Positions 49,197-64,000 of a DNA stretch of 64,000 nt are shown one piece after another; position 1 is the first letter of the stretch; every line of letters starts with the position of its first letter. Origin of the DNA: Neocallimastix sp. 'constans' (taxonomy: Eukaryota); the NCBI GenBank assembly GCA_050613775.1, contig JBODTK010000001.1:434001-498000 (forward strand), written 5' to 3'. Below the pieces are notes generated by a model. It did no database searches. It saw only the letters and a list, made by a program, of their open reading frames with translations, and was not told where the DNA came from. The position numbers and the translations under genes are program-made.

Positions 49197-49358
49197 TCTT
49201 AAAATATTTTATATTATGTAAAAACAAAAGCTAAATAAAAATAAATTAATATTTAGAAAATAAATAAAAAATATATATATAAAAATATTTATTGAAGAGG
49301 GATATATAAAATGAATTAAAAAATTTATATGAGTTTATTATATTACATTATTATATAG

Positions 49359-49389
<31 letters not shown>

Positions 49390-50769
49390 GTGATATTGTT
49401 AATATTGTTAACTTGATACTACTCTTTTTATATATATATATAATAGTATAAGTTTTATATGTATATGTATGGATTATATTGAACTTTTTATGTGTATTTT
49501 TTTCTTAAATGAAATTAAACATGATTATAACAGATAAATATATATTATGAAAAATATTTTGTTTTAGTGAATTAATGCCTTCTATAGTTATACTATATAA
49601 AAATATATACATAGACATATATATATTATAATATAAAATAAAATAGTATTTTAATTAGTCTATCTTATTTTAAAATACATATAATATTTTAATAAAAGAT
49701 TAAGTTTAAAAGTATTTAATAAAAGTTTAATATTTTCAATATATTGTTTAAAAAGTTTAAAATTTCAATTCAATTTCATTATTAACAATTGTAAAATATT
49801 TTATATATTTTATTACATAAAAAAAAAAAAAAAAAAAAAAAAAATAAAATAAAATATAATAAAAATGTTTTATATTATAGATTTTAATTGTTTATTTCTT
49901 TTTATTTCGTCATTATATTATTTTTTATGAAGCCTTTTTTTTTTATTATAATTATTAAACAATTTATAAATATACAAATATTTAATTTAAAATTGTATCT
50001 TTCATTTTTAAAATTATACCCTATAAAAAAGGTTTATATATGAAAATTAATAATTTAGAGTTTACTACTATATAATTTACCTTCTATTATTTTTATAATA
50101 TTATAAACTGATAAAACAACAAAAATAAAAAAAAATAAAGAAAAAAAAATAAAAAAAAGACAGAAAAAAATATTATTTTTTTACTTTTTTTTTTTCCTTA
50201 AACTTTTTTTTATAATATTTCGATATATATATTTAAAAAATTATAATAAAAAAAAATTAAAATAAAAAAGAAGAAAGTAAAAAGATTTCCTTTAATAAAT
50301 AAATAAATAATAATTAAAATAAATAGTAAATAGTTGATAAAAAAAAAGGATTAAGAAAAAAGGAAAAATTAATTAAATAAAAAGTCTATATAATAATAAA
50401 TAATATATATATATAAAAAAAAAAAAGAATAATCAATCATTAAATATGGAAATAATTAATCGTCATAAGAAATGAACTGGCGATAGAATATTAAAAGTTA
50501 ATATAATGATTAAAAATAAAAAAAAATTTTTCTTAATATTCTTCAAATTATTTAATTATTAATATTATATAATTATCTAATAATGAAAAATATTTAATAT
50601 ATCTATCAAATTTTATTATTATTTATATATTAATTATTTAATATTAAGATTAAATTATTTAATAATTAACAATTCTTATTAAATAATGAAAATATTAAAT
50701 ATTAATAATTAAAAAAGATACTATTAATGATGATGATAAAAATATTGAAATAGTAAATGCTTACTATTT

Positions 50770-50878
50770 ATGATTAAATGAATATTATTTATGATTAAAT
50801 GAATATTATTTATGATTAAATGAATATTATTTATGATTAAATGATTACTATTTATGATTAAATGAATATTATTCAATG
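50770..50878. repeat. 21-bp tandem repeat, about 5 copies
   Basis: Unit tatgattaaatgaatattatt. Confidence 0.85.
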
Positions 50879-51844
50879 ATGAAATAATAAATATTTAAAT
50901 ATTCTATATTCATTTTCTATCTCTTAATTAATTATAATATAATAATTTATATAATAATTTATATATAAATTCTTTTTTTTTTTTTTTTTTTAAATAATAT
51001 ATTCATTATTAAATAATAAATTAAATAATTATTAAATAATTAAATTAAATTAAAAATTTTATTTTATTTTATTTTTTTATATAATTTTAAATTTTTTTAT
51101 TTGTAAAACTTTATTTTATATATAAATTTAAAATGTTTCTTTTTACATTTGAATTAATTGATTTATAAAAATAGAACATATAAAAATAATTGTTATCATA
51201 TATTATAATATAATATAATATATTACTCTACTAATAAACTTATTTAAGAATTTTAATTTTTTTTAAAAAAAAAGAAATTCTGATAGATTATAAATATACT
51301 GTAATATATTATGTATTTTATTAGTAATTAAATAAAAAATAAATTTATTAATAATACATTAATTCATTTATTATGATATACTTTATATATATAATTTTAA
51401 TTTAATTCATTTATTTTAAAATTAGTAATAAAATGAAAATTTTGATTATGATCATGTCATAAACATGGTAAAAATAATAAATAATAAATAATAAATAATA
51501 AATAATAAATAATAAATAATAAATAATAAATAATAAATAATAATAAATAATTAAATATTAAATATTAAATATTAAATATTAAATATATATTAGTAGCTAT
51601 ATATAAATATACATAAAGAAAATAAAAATATATAATATATAAATAAGTGAATAAATAAATAAATAATGACAAATAATTAATTAAAATCCTATAAATTAAT
51701 TAAGTAAAAAAAATTTTATATTTACAATTCTTTTTTTACCGTTTTATGCGGTATATGCCAATTTTGGCTTATATAAAATAACTATTTACTATTATAATGA
51801 ATTTATTGATCTATATTAATAATCTTATTTTTTTTAATGCATAT

Positions 51845-53005
51845 AATTATTTATTATTTATTATTTATTATTTATTATTTATTATTTATTATTTATTATT
51901 TATTATTTATTATTTATTATTTATTATTTATTATTTATTATTCAATTATTTATTATTTATTATTTATTATTTATTATTTATTATTTATTATTTATTATTT
52001 ATTATTTATTATATATTATTTATTATTTATTATTTATTATTTATTATTTATTATTTATTATTTATTATTTATTATTTATTATTCAATTATTTATTATTCA
52101 ATTATTTATTATTTATTATTTATTATTTATTATTTATTATTTATTATTTATTATTAATTATTTATTATTTATTATTTATTATTTATTATTATTTATTATT
52201 TATTATTTATTATTTATTATTTATTATTTATTATTTATTATTTATTATTTATTATTAATTATTTATTATTTATTATTATTTATTATTTATTATTTATTAT
52301 TTATTATTTATTATTTATTATTTATTATTTATTATAAATTATTCAATTATTTATTATTTATTATTTATTATTTATTATTTATTATTTATTATTTATTATT
52401 TATTATTTATTATTTATTATTTATTATTTATTATTTATTATTTATTATTTATTATTTATTATTTATTATTTATTATTTATTATTTATTATTTATTATTTA
52501 TTATTTATTATTTATTATTCAATTATTTATTATTCAATTATTTATTATTTATTATTTATTATTTATTATTCAATTATTTATTATTCAATTATTTATTATT
52601 TATTATTTATTATTTATTATTTATTATTTATTATTTATTATTTATTATTAATTATTTATTATTTATTATTTATTATTTATTATTATTTATTATTTATTAT
52701 TTATTATTTATTATTTATTATTTATTATTTATTATTTATTATTTATTATTTATTATTAATTATTTATTATTTATTATTATTTATTATTTATTATTTATTA
52801 TTTATTATTTATTATTTATTATTTATTATTTATTATTTATTATTTATTATAAATTATTCAATTATTTATTATTTATTATTTATTATTTATTATTTATTAT
52901 TTATTATTTATTATTTATTATTTATTATTTATTATTTATTATTTATTATTTATTATTTATTATTTATTATTTATTATTTATTATTTATTATTTATTATTT
53001 ATTTT
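51845..53005. repeat. (TTTATTA)n heptamer satellite
   Basis: About 1.15 kb of the 7-mer with recurring TTCAATTA variants; reverse-complement run at ~51472-51550. Confidence 0.95.
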
Positions 53006-54251
53006 TTATTGTGAATAAAATTATTATTACAAGAAAAGCAATATTTATTATTTTAATTACCATCTTTACTATTATTACTACTATTGTTATTACTACTATT
53101 GTTATAAAGTCCATCAATGCATTATAAATACCACCTTTTATATTATATTTACTCTTTCTTAATATATGGAGTATTTTCTATTATTTATAATCTATTAGTA
53201 ATCATAGAATCTTAAAAATGATAAATATAATAAATTTATAATAAATTTTATATTAATTATCAACTTTTATTAATATAAAATTTATAATTAATTTTATATT
53301 AATATATAATTAATTATTGATATATTATATTTCTCTATATAACATTTGTTGTATTACCAGATACACTTACAATTAATTGTAATATATTACATATTACAAT
53401 TTAAAAGATTTTAATTTTTATTCTTCTTTTAAATTATTTCATTCATTTTTTTACTTTAATTTCTTCTATTTCATGATATATATACTTTTTTTTTTAGTTA
53501 ATGAAATATTATATTTATTTAAATTTTTTTTATCTATTATATTATTTTAATTGTTTAATTGCTAAAAGTGAATAAAAAAAAAAAAGATATGTTATTTTAC
53601 TTTTAATTTTTTAATATTAGTGCAACTTTTTTTTATTTATTTAAATGCGTGTTTCCTTTACTATCTTTATAATTTTTTGATAATAATCCAAATTAAAAAA
53701 AAATATATATATATAATGATATAATAATTATTTAAATAAGATACCCTATTCATTTTATAAAATATCATAAAAAATTTTTATTTTAATTGTATTTTATTTT
53801 ATTTTATTTATTCATATTTTTATTATAAAATTTAAATATGTAATAATAAATAGCAATAAAAATATTTAAATAAGGTAAATTTAAATTTATTTAATGTTAA
53901 TTAAAATTAAAAAAAACAAAATATATTTGAAAATATGAAAAATGATTAAGATATTAATTAAATATATATTTATTTATATATATGTTTGCTTAATAAAATT
54001 ATTTATATATATTACATATAATTACATATAATTTGAAATCATAATTAATATGTATTTTTTTTTTATTTTTTTTTTTTTTTTTTTTTTTTTATCCTTTGTG
54101 AAATTGTATAAAAATTTAAAATAATTATAAAAAATTTTTTTAATAAATCTTTGATATATATTATATATAATTCTTTTCGATAAATTATTTTTTATTGAGA
54201 AAATAATAACAAAAATAAATGTATAAAAAATGCTAATATTATATTAATTTT

Positions 54252-54283
<32 letters not shown>

Positions 54284-54397
54284 TGATCAAAATTCTTTAA
54301 GTTGTTATAACAATTTTTTTTCCTTTTTTTCTTTCTTTTCTTTTAAAGTTTAATAATATTTTTTAAAGAAATTTTTTTATTTTTTAATTTTATTTTT

Positions 54398-55270
54398 TTA
54401 CTGGTAGACACTAATAACAAGACATTCTTCCATAGTCACTAGAGTGTATCTATTATTCAACATGATTTCAATTTCAGCTCTGGCAAAAGCTAGAATATTA
54501 TCCATCGTAGCACCTCCATACTTTAAGTGATTTAAAGTAATAATTGGTTTAACCTTAGCTTGATTAATAACTTACTTAACATAATTAAACTGTAATACAT
54601 TGGATTCCTATTCCAATTAACTGTAGCCACATATCCAGCTGCTTGAAAAGCTCTCATCACCGTTTGACTACCTTTATCTGAACATTATGGTGGACTCATG
54701 AAGGTAGATTTCTTATTAATGGCATTATAAATGGCATGAATAATGTTATTCATTTCATTAATAATTTGGTGATGTGAAGGTCCAAGTTAAATATTAGTAG
54801 ATACGGGTGATGGCTAACAACATGTCCTTAATTAAACATTTTCTTAACTATTATCTTTCATTCAGAGCCGTTTGAATCCATATACATTTAATTGAGAACA
54901 AAGAAGGTGACTTTAATGTTTTTTCCTTTAAGTGATTTAAAATAGTATCAACAAATCTCAACAAATTCAGTTGGTGCATAAGGCATATCCCAGTTCATTG
55001 ATTTAACACATTGGATGTAAAACCTTAATCTTGAACCTTTTGGATAATTTGAAATTGAGTCACCATCCTTGTTTCCTGTTTTATCAATATTACTTGTATT
55101 TTCATTAACGGTATTATTACTACTAATATCATTACTATTATCGTCTTCATCAATATAAACTCTATCCTACAGAAAATTAGCTGTACTCATTGTATCGGAA
55201 CCATTACTACCAGTTTCTCCTAAAATTTTAACTTCATGAATCTTATCTAATTTCAAGCCAAGCTTTAGAG
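54398..55270 (-). pseudogene. Polysaccharide/chitin deacetylase (CE4) pseudogene
   Basis: KNIKVTFFV, HVVSHH, AIYNAINKKSTFMSPP, VNWN, ITLNH, YTLVTMEECL with stops and frameshifts; catalytic TFDDGP motif not recognisable. Confidence 0.8.
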
Positions 55271-57419
55271 TTAAAAGTATATTTTTTCAGATAATTAATA
55301 TTTATTAAAAAATAAGATTAATTAAAAATAATTAATGGTAAAGTTTAATATTATCTCAATGATTCAATTTTTATTTTTTTTTTTAAAAAAAAATTTATTA
55401 AATAAATTTTTAATCCTTATTTTTCCTTTTTAAAAAAAAACTTATCATTAATAATTATTGATACAATGATTAAGTAAATTTAACTTAAATACAAAAAACA
55501 TTATTCATTTTATATTTTATTCATTCATTTATTTATATAAAAATAAAATTATATTATTATAGTGTATTCATTTACTTTTTTTTTTTTTTTTTTTACTTTT
55601 CTTAATTTTACTTTATATAACTTTAAATATTTAAAAAAAATTATAAAATAAACTTTAAAAGAATTCCTATTTACACTTATTACTCCACATAGCAATAAAT
55701 AAATAATTAAGATAAAATCATTTTATTTTTAAATTTTCTTACATTATAATTTTATTTAGTTTAATCTTTTCTAATTGAATTTTTTATAATTTTTATATTT
55801 TATTATTAATTAATTATTATTTTATTCAAAATTTTTTTTTTTTTTTTTTTTTTACTAATATTTTTAGTTGTTATATATTATATTAATATATAAAATTTTT
55901 ATAATTTAACAATAAATTTGTACTTTTTTTCTTTTCTTAATTTTATGGTAATATACTTTTAAATAAATAAAAAAAATATAAACTTTATAAATTTCTTAAT
56001 ATAATTTATTTTTACACAAAACAATAAAAATAATCAAAATGAGCAAGTTTATTTTTAAATTTGCTTATTTTATTATAGTTTTTATCTAATTTAATTTCTT
56101 TATATTTTATTAAACTTTTTTTTTTTTTTTTTTTTGATAATATTTTATTTATTTCCTTATATTAATTAATTATCATTTATTTAAAAATTTCTTTTAGTTT
56201 TTTATTTATTTTTAATATTTTTATTATTTATAATTTCATATTTAAAAAAAAAAATAATAAAAATGATATTATAAAAAGATATATACTGATTTAAATATAT
56301 TTCTTTTTATATTATCTTTTTTATTAATATTATATTAATTATTATATTTTATATATTGATGAAATAAAATTTTTTAATTCAAATTTTAATTTATAAAAAC
56401 TTATTTTCTTTGATTTTTTAAATACTAGACAGACACTAATTCATTATTACTTTCTATTAAAATTATATTTATATTATTGATTATAAATAAATTTTTTTAA
56501 TTCTTATTTTATTTTATTTAAATAGAATTAAAATTAAAACTTTTTTTTTTTTTTTTTCATTTTGAATTTAGAACTTTAATAAAAAAAATAATAAAATAAT
56601 TTTTTAACAAAGAAATTATTGTTAATTCGTCTGAATTTCAAAGAGATTTTTTTATTATTTTTTTTTTTTCAATATAAAATATTTAAATTTCTTTATGCTC
56701 ATCAATGAATATCTGTTGACTAGACTGCATTTTAAAACTTTCAATTTTTTATTGCTGAAAACTGTCTAAATTAAGTTATAGCTTTCAAATTCAAAAAATC
56801 ACTAGCTAAAAAGGATTACAGTAAATTTCTAACACAAGACAGAGATTTCGCTTTCATTATATTTTCATTTTTATTTAAATTTTAGGTAAAGAAAAATAAA
56901 TAGTATATTTATTTTTAAAACAAAATTCAAATAAAAAGATAGAATAAAATCCAATTCAATGGTAGTTATTATTTCTTATTTTTTCTTTTATTTCATTTCC
57001 AATGGTTTTTAAAGATTCCAAAGATGAAACTTTTAATTATTTTATTTAAAGTAGAATTACCTTAATAAAATTATCTTCTTTCTTTTTCACTTGAATCGTT
57101 TCTTTTTTTTTTATTATTATTAATTTCTTCTTAATATTAATTATCAAAAATATTTATTTATTTATTTTTTTTTTTTTTTTTGATAAATTAAGTAACTTTT
57201 CTAATTCTTTTAAAAGTCTGAAATTCAGAAAATCTGAAAATATTTTGTTCTTTTATATCATTTTTTTATTATAATAATCACTATAATAATATAATAAAAT
57301 ATAAAAATTACATAATAAAAATGTTTTTATTTATTAATTAATTTCATAAATACTAAATAACAGTTTTATTATTAGTGGCAAAGTAAATTTTTTCAGATAG
57401 CTAATATTTATCAAAAAAT

Positions 57420-57900
57420 AGATATTATGAAGATTCTTAAGAAATACTTTTATGAAATAAAGCTCTTTTCTAACTTTATTTTTCATTCTCTGTATGGTAG
57501 GTTTCAGTTCTAAATCATTTAAAAATAGTACAAATAGATAGGTACAGCAATTTGTTTTAGGTAACTCTTGTCTTTAAAGATAAAAGGAAATGTCTTTATT
57601 ATTATGAAATCCGGAAACTTCTCCTCATACAACAAAACTTGTATATTTTTCGATACCAAATTTCATTTCATTATTTATAGCCCACTTACTAGCTAATTTT
57701 AGCAATTTCTTAAGTTGAAATCTTGTTAGAGCAAAAAGCACAATATCATCTGCAAAGAAACCTCCACAGCAGCGTTTATCGCCAATCGAGATTCCATATT
57801 TATCATATTTAATAGAAATGTCATTAATGAACAAGTTAAATAAAATTGGAGAGAGAAGGGACAATCTTGATAAACATGTAAAGAGTATTTCTTAGTAGGA
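57420..57900 (-). mobile_element. Non-LTR (LINE) reverse transcriptase fragment
   Basis: SPILFNLFIND, GGFFADDIVL, WAINNEMKFGIEK, ELPKTNCCTYL. Confidence 0.88.
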
Positions 57901-59157
57901 ATATAAACATTACCTACAGAACACTAAAAGTGATTCCAAAGACTATATGTTGTTAAAGAAGCAAGATGGGTATAGGAATTATCTTCAAGGACTATTTGAC
58001 ATGAGATATAATTTACCCAAGATATAACTATATGGAACTTGGCGTATTTGGATCCATTCTTTTTTTGAAAATATTCGTGGTTGGAAAGTATTACTATACA
58101 TGGATTCTATAATCCTTGATACCATTACCTATTTCCTTAAAACATAGGAATAATAGTTTAAAATTGAGTTGAAGTACTCAATACTATCTCTTTTCACAAA
58201 ACTTAATCCATTGGTATTTCAACTAAGAAAAAATGAAAACTTTTCTGAGAGTATTAAGTACACGATTTTATGATTGGCATTTACAAAATTTACTAAATTG
58301 GTTGAACTGGAATTTGTTGAGTTTTTATTATTAGAAGTTCTATTACATATTAAATTTTGTTTTAAATGCTGAAAAGAAACCTTATGATTCTATTTGGAAC
58401 ATCTACAATATGAAATTTATATAATAATAAAATTATTAATTATTTCTATGGTTAAACTATAGTAATCTTTCTAATTATTTTGATATAATATAATTAAATT
58501 ATTATAGAAAAATAGAAAATAATTTAACTTTTTTAAAATAAATATAAATATAAATATAAAAATATTTAAAATCATATGTATTAATATTGATAATTAGTTT
58601 TGAATTGTTTTATTGTATAAATAATATTAAGGTATTAAAAACATTAAATTTTTTGTTATATTAAATAAAGTATATATAAAATTTATTGATCTTTTTAGTA
58701 TAATTAAATTTTTTACTTTTTTTTTTTTTCTTTCTAGTTTAATAATTTTATATTAAATAAAATAAAATATATGACAATATAAAATCTTAAAAAGCAAAAA
58801 ATAGGAAATTTTGTAGTAAAAAAAAAAAAAAAAAAAATCAATGAAATTAAGATATTTAGAATAAAAATAATTATTTTTTTGATATAAAAAAAAATTTATA
58901 TTTAACAACCGTTTTATTAAAAATTATCAATTCCAATATGTATTATTTTTTTTATTTGTTATGAAATTAAAAGAAGAAAAGATAAAAAATCAGTTTAATT
59001 AATTATTGAAAAATGAAAATATATACATATATTAATATTAGTAATTAATATATTTTAAAAATATTATATTTATTTATATAAATATAATCTTGTATGTTAA
59101 ATATAATTATTGACATTAAATAATATTTATCAACATTATTACAATAATAAAGCAAAA

Positions 59158-61504
59158 ATGAAAATTTTCATTATAATTTTTTTTCTTTTGATTATTGAAG
59201 AAAAGATATGGACAAAAAAAATAAATACAAAAAATAAGATAAAAATTCCCAATATTAGAGAATATGATAGGACTAACGGAGAATGTAAATTTGTCAATAG
59301 TTTATTGGGAAGGGACTTATCTGATGATTGTTGTGATGAAGTGACTTGTAAAGATGGTCATATAACAAAAATGTAATTAATAATACAATAATTTTTTTTT
59401 ATATTTTTATAATATATTAATAATAGTTTAAATAATCTTTTTTTTTTTTTTTTTTTATTTTTCAAAAATAATTTAATAAATATATATATGTTTTATTCTT
59501 TTTAATATTAAATTTTTATTTCATAAATAGTTCCTTTTTTAATTTAAAAAATCAGACTTTACCAAATTCTTTTGGTTCAATGCCATATTTAAAATCAATG
59601 TAAATAAATTTTAATAATATTTTTAAATTTAAATAATTTATTTTTTATTTTAAAAAAAAAAAAAAATTTATAAAGCGTTTTGTTTTTTATTACGAAAAAA
59701 TGATGTATAATTTTCAATATAATTAATAAAATAGCTTTAATGATAAATCCATACTAAATTTATTTTTTATATATGAAAAATTTTATTTAAAAAAAAAAAA
59801 AAAAAAAAGATCAATAATTTGTGGTTTATTTGGATCAATTCCGACAGATATTGGAAATTTAGGAAGTTTACAATTATTGTAAATATATAATATAATGCAA
59901 TATAGTATATATTACTTAATACAATATATAATACAGCATAATCCTAATTTTTAATAATTTATACTGAACATAAAAAATTAGATATTTACAAAATAATAAT
60001 TTAACTGGTTCAATTCCTCCTGAAATTGGAGATTTAGAGAAATTGGAATATTTGTAAAGCATTATTAAAATATTTATTATTTATTTCTTTAATCCCATAA
60101 ATAATTATCATATAATATAATAATAAAATTTTTTATTATATTATTTGAAATAATTAATATTAAATATATATAAATTAACAAAAAATACATTTAAAAACTG
60201 CTAATTTCCTTTATTTACAAATTTATTTGTTTATTAACAATATTAGATATTTACGGAATAATCAACTAAATGGTACCATTCCTCCTGAAATTGGAAGATT
60301 ACATAATTTAAAATATTTGTAAATATTAATAATACACTATATAATATAATAAGAATAAGTATAATATGATTTATAATATGATAATGTTTTTTAATAAATT
60401 TTTTATTATTTTATTTGTTTTATTAAAATTCAGTGATTTAAGTGATAATCATCTTATTGGTCCAGTTCCTTCTTCATTTGGAAATTTATCAGGATTGAAA
60501 GAATTGTAAATTATATGATTTTTTAAGTTTTTTTTTTTTTTTTTTTTTTTAATTAAAATTTTAAAATTTATTAAATTTTAAACTATTTTAAATTATTAAA
60601 AAAAAATTAGATATTTAAATAATAATAACTTAAATGATACAATTCCTTCAGAAATTGGAAACTTATCAAGTTTGGAATATTTGTAAAAAATTTTATATAA
60701 ATAAGTATAATTTATTTCATATAAACATATATTAATCATATTTAATATTAAATATTAAAATAATTAGAGATTTACAAAATAATAATTTAACTGGCTCAAT
60801 TCCTCCTGAAATTGGAGAATTATCCAATTTAGAACTATTGTAAAAATATTATTTAAATATTTATTTTTTTATTTTAAAAAGTATATTTTTACTTCATATT
60901 TTTTATAAATAACATTTTATACAAATAATATAAATTAAAATTTTATGCAGAAATCTTAAAAATAATTCTCTTTCTGGTTTAATTCCAACAAAAGAATTAG
61001 AAAAACTAACTAATTTAAATACAATGTAATAAAATATTTACTTTTTTTTTTTTTTTTTTTTTGAAATTTCTTTAGTAAATGTTTTTTTTTTTTTTATTTT
61101 TTTGAAATTTCTTTAGTAAATGTTTTTTTTTTTTTTTTTTACATTAATATTAATATTATAATTTTATTTTATTTAACAGTAATTTAGAAAAAAATATAGA
61201 TTTATATGGAAAAATACCATATAATTCTAAATATGATAATTGTAATTTCAATGAGACCAGTTTGTGTTACTTGAAAAAAGATAAAAATCCAAAATGTACT
61301 TATCCTGATACTTTTTATGATTGCACTATTTGTAGGCAAAATTCCGTTTCTGCTCTTGTTGAAGGAATTTGTTTATGTAATACTGGATATAAAGGTGTTG
61401 GTTATATTGAATGTTCACATGGAGCTACATTTTTATTGAATAATATTCTTACCATGTCGAATTTCATTTTAATTATATTGACTATTACAATATTACATAT
61501 CTAA
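59158..61504 (+). CDS. Secreted or GPI-anchor-like LRR protein with C-terminal EGF-like module, 10 exons, about 370 aa
   Basis: Exons 59158-59372, 59531-59599, 59810-59878, 59982-60053, 60247-60318, 60434-60505, 60611-60682, 60768-60839, 60951-61025, 61180-61504 join in frame; repeats LQNNNLTGSIPPEIGDLEKLEY; CLCNTGYKGVGYIEC; hydrophobic tail. Confidence 0.9.
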
Positions 61505-61619
61505 TTATTATCACTAATATGTAAAATAATTATAGATTTCACTAATATGTAAAATAATTATAGATTTTCGTATAATTAATAACTTATATATGCTTCAGTA
61601 ATTATTTAAATATTAATAA

Positions 61620-61885
61620 GTAATAAAATAAATAAAATGTAATAAATAATAATATTAATAATAAATAAATAAAATGTAATAAATAATAATATTAATAATA
61701 AATAAATAAGATGTAATAAATAATAATATTAATAATAAATAAATAAAATGTTATAAATAATAATATTAATAATAAATAAATAATATGTAATAAATAATAA
61801 TATTAATAATAAATAAATAAAATGTTATAAATAATAATATTAATAATAAATAAATAAAATGTTATAAATAATAATATTAATAATT
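61620..61885. repeat. 37-bp tandem repeat, about 7 copies
   Basis: Period 37 (tgt at 61638, 61675, 61712). Confidence 0.85.
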
Positions 61886-62443
61886 ATTTATTATTATTAC
61901 GATTTATTATCGTTAATATTAATTTATTATTATTATTATTATTATTAAATACAATTTATAACTATAATATTAAACTGTTTATAATTATTAAAAATTATTA
62001 AATATTTAAAATATAGAATTTGCTTTACTTTTTTTTTTTAAAAAAAAAAAAAACAAAGAAAGTAAAACATTTTGTTTGCTTTATTTTTTAAAATAATTTA
62101 TTTTATTTTTTTTTTTTTTCTTTTTAAAATATATATTTTAAATAATAATTAAATAAAAATAAAAAATTTATTAAAATGAAAATAAAAATTTGGTTTTAAT
62201 AATTATAGTAACATAATAATTTAAAATATTGAATAACATATAACATATGTATTTTAATATTTTTAAAAATTTTAAAGTTAAATATATCATATTTTTAAAA
62301 TATCTTAAAATACTTATATTTTATATATAAAATTTTTTGAAGACTTGTTTTAATTTTTTTTTATTAACATTATTTAATTTTTGTATATATATATATATTT
62401 TTTTTAATTATTATTATTTAAATGTTAAAAACCACAAACAAGC

Positions 62444-64000
62444 ATGTTTAGTAAAACAATTATTAAGTAAGTATAATGTCTAGTAAAATTTTGTTTAATA
62501 ATATAAATAAATTAAATATATACACATTATTTTTTCAAAAATAATTTATATTATTAAATAATGGATTAATTATTATATTAATTTAAATAATTTATATATT
62601 ATTTAAATTTCAATATACTATTTAAGACTTTTTGGACTGCAAATTCTTGGCAATAATACACTTTCACCTTCGTCTGAACAAAGTAATTCTTAATTTATTT
62701 TGATAAAAATAAAAATAAAAAAAAAAATTTTTTTTTATAAATAAATATTTCTATTTCTACAATATTATAATAATATTATAATTTTTTTTTTTTTTTTTTT
62801 TTTTTTTTACTCTATTTTAATTATATTATTTAGGGTGTGATGTTATTTCTGGAACTAATTGTAAATTACAAAAAAATTTTATAATAGTTTTTTTTTTTAA
62901 AAAAATTTTTAAAAAAATATATTTGATTTACTTATAAAAATTTTTTTTTTAAAAATAATGATATTAGGTCTTCCAGATACGTATTATTTAGTAAATCCAA
63001 CAGATGTGAGCATTATTTATGATGATTACACAAATTATGGTAATCTTTATTTCTGTCATGAAGATAAAGCAGTCACTTGCTCAGAAATGACAAATGTAGG
63101 TTATTATATTGTCAATAAAGATATAATGTATACTTGTCAAAAAGGTTTGAATGGTAAACTTTGTAAAAAAGAAAAAGTAACACATACAAGTTGTACTCCC
63201 TCTAATATTGGTGAAGTTATTTTATCAAATTCTATAACAAATACGTTTTCTCTTTGTTTGGATTACGAATCTTATCGTGGAATTACTGTTGATTTAATTA
63301 CCGGTCAAACTGGTAATTATTTTGTTCACAAGAATAATGATCCTACTATAAATGTCTTTGGTATTAATGGTGTCAGTGAAGAATATGCTATTGTTAATGT
63401 AAAGGATAAAGTGGCTAATTTAAATTCTACCCATTTTAATAGAATAAATTATATTTTTTCATCTAAAGATAGTAATAAACTCATTGAAATGAATAATTCT
63501 CAATGCTTATTTAATGGAATAAACGAATTTGAAAATAACAAAAATAAAATCAATGAATATTTATGTATTCATGGTTATTGTAAAGATATCGATAATGAAA
63601 TAGAATTACCTCCAGTAAATGTTGATATTAATATAGTTAAATTTAATATTGAAGGAAAAATAGTTGAAGGAGGAAGTACCGGTATAGATATAAATTACGT
63701 ATCTAATGAAGATAAAATTAAAATGATGTATTGTAATGAACAAATTATTTGTCAACAAACTGTTGGTTACTTTTATACCGGCTATAAATATAAAAAACTT
63801 GGTTTTGATGGTATTACTGATGTAGATAAATTTAATGAATCAGAAATAGATTGTAATGACAACATAGGTCTGGTCTATTATAATAAAACAGACTATAATA
63901 TTTGTATTGACAATGGTACCAAGGTAAAGATTACAAAACCTATCGTAAAAAAATATATTCTTGGAAAAGGTAAAGCTGGTGGTGTATTCCAAGGTACTGA
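62444..64000 (+). CDS. Cys-rich scaffoldin-like protein of gut fungi, 5' part, runs off window
   Basis: Exons 62444-62466, 62627-62682, 62834-62860, 62968-64000 join in frame; LYFC..C..GYY..YTC..C..IG..LC pattern. Confidence 0.7.

Noticed and set aside
51797..52258. ORFs of YYLLFII repeats
   Set aside because: Translation artefacts of the heptamer satellite.
57900..58410. GC-richer coding-like tract next to the LINE fragment
   Set aside because: No recognisable motif; cannot assign.

Overview
Extremely AT-rich eukaryotic DNA with GT-AG introns. The gene content (CotH kinase, intronless ankyrin genes, scaffoldin-like Cys-rich protein, plant-type LRR) points to an anaerobic gut fungus (Neocallimastigomycota); this is inferred from gene content only. 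The first 19.5 kb is a stack of LTR-type insertions directly upstream of one tRNA-Ala(TGC) gene: two full-length Ty3/gypsy elements, three related solo-LTR-like units and possibly a sixth element. Removing them one by one places each 13-14 bp from the mature tRNA 5' end, and the nearest element's primer-binding site matches that same tRNA. Both elements share a -1 frameshift cassette. The solo LTRs and one 5' leader carry covarying RNA structures. The rest of the window holds copia-gag, MULE and LINE relics, two decayed fragments of a divergent RNA polymerase beta/RPB2-like gene (possibly viral), a structured GC-rich ncRNA candidate containing CUAACCCU, a UPF0132 gene, a CE4 deacetylase pseudogene and a one-repeat-per-exon LRR gene. 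All alignments and folds were done by eye; no searches were run.
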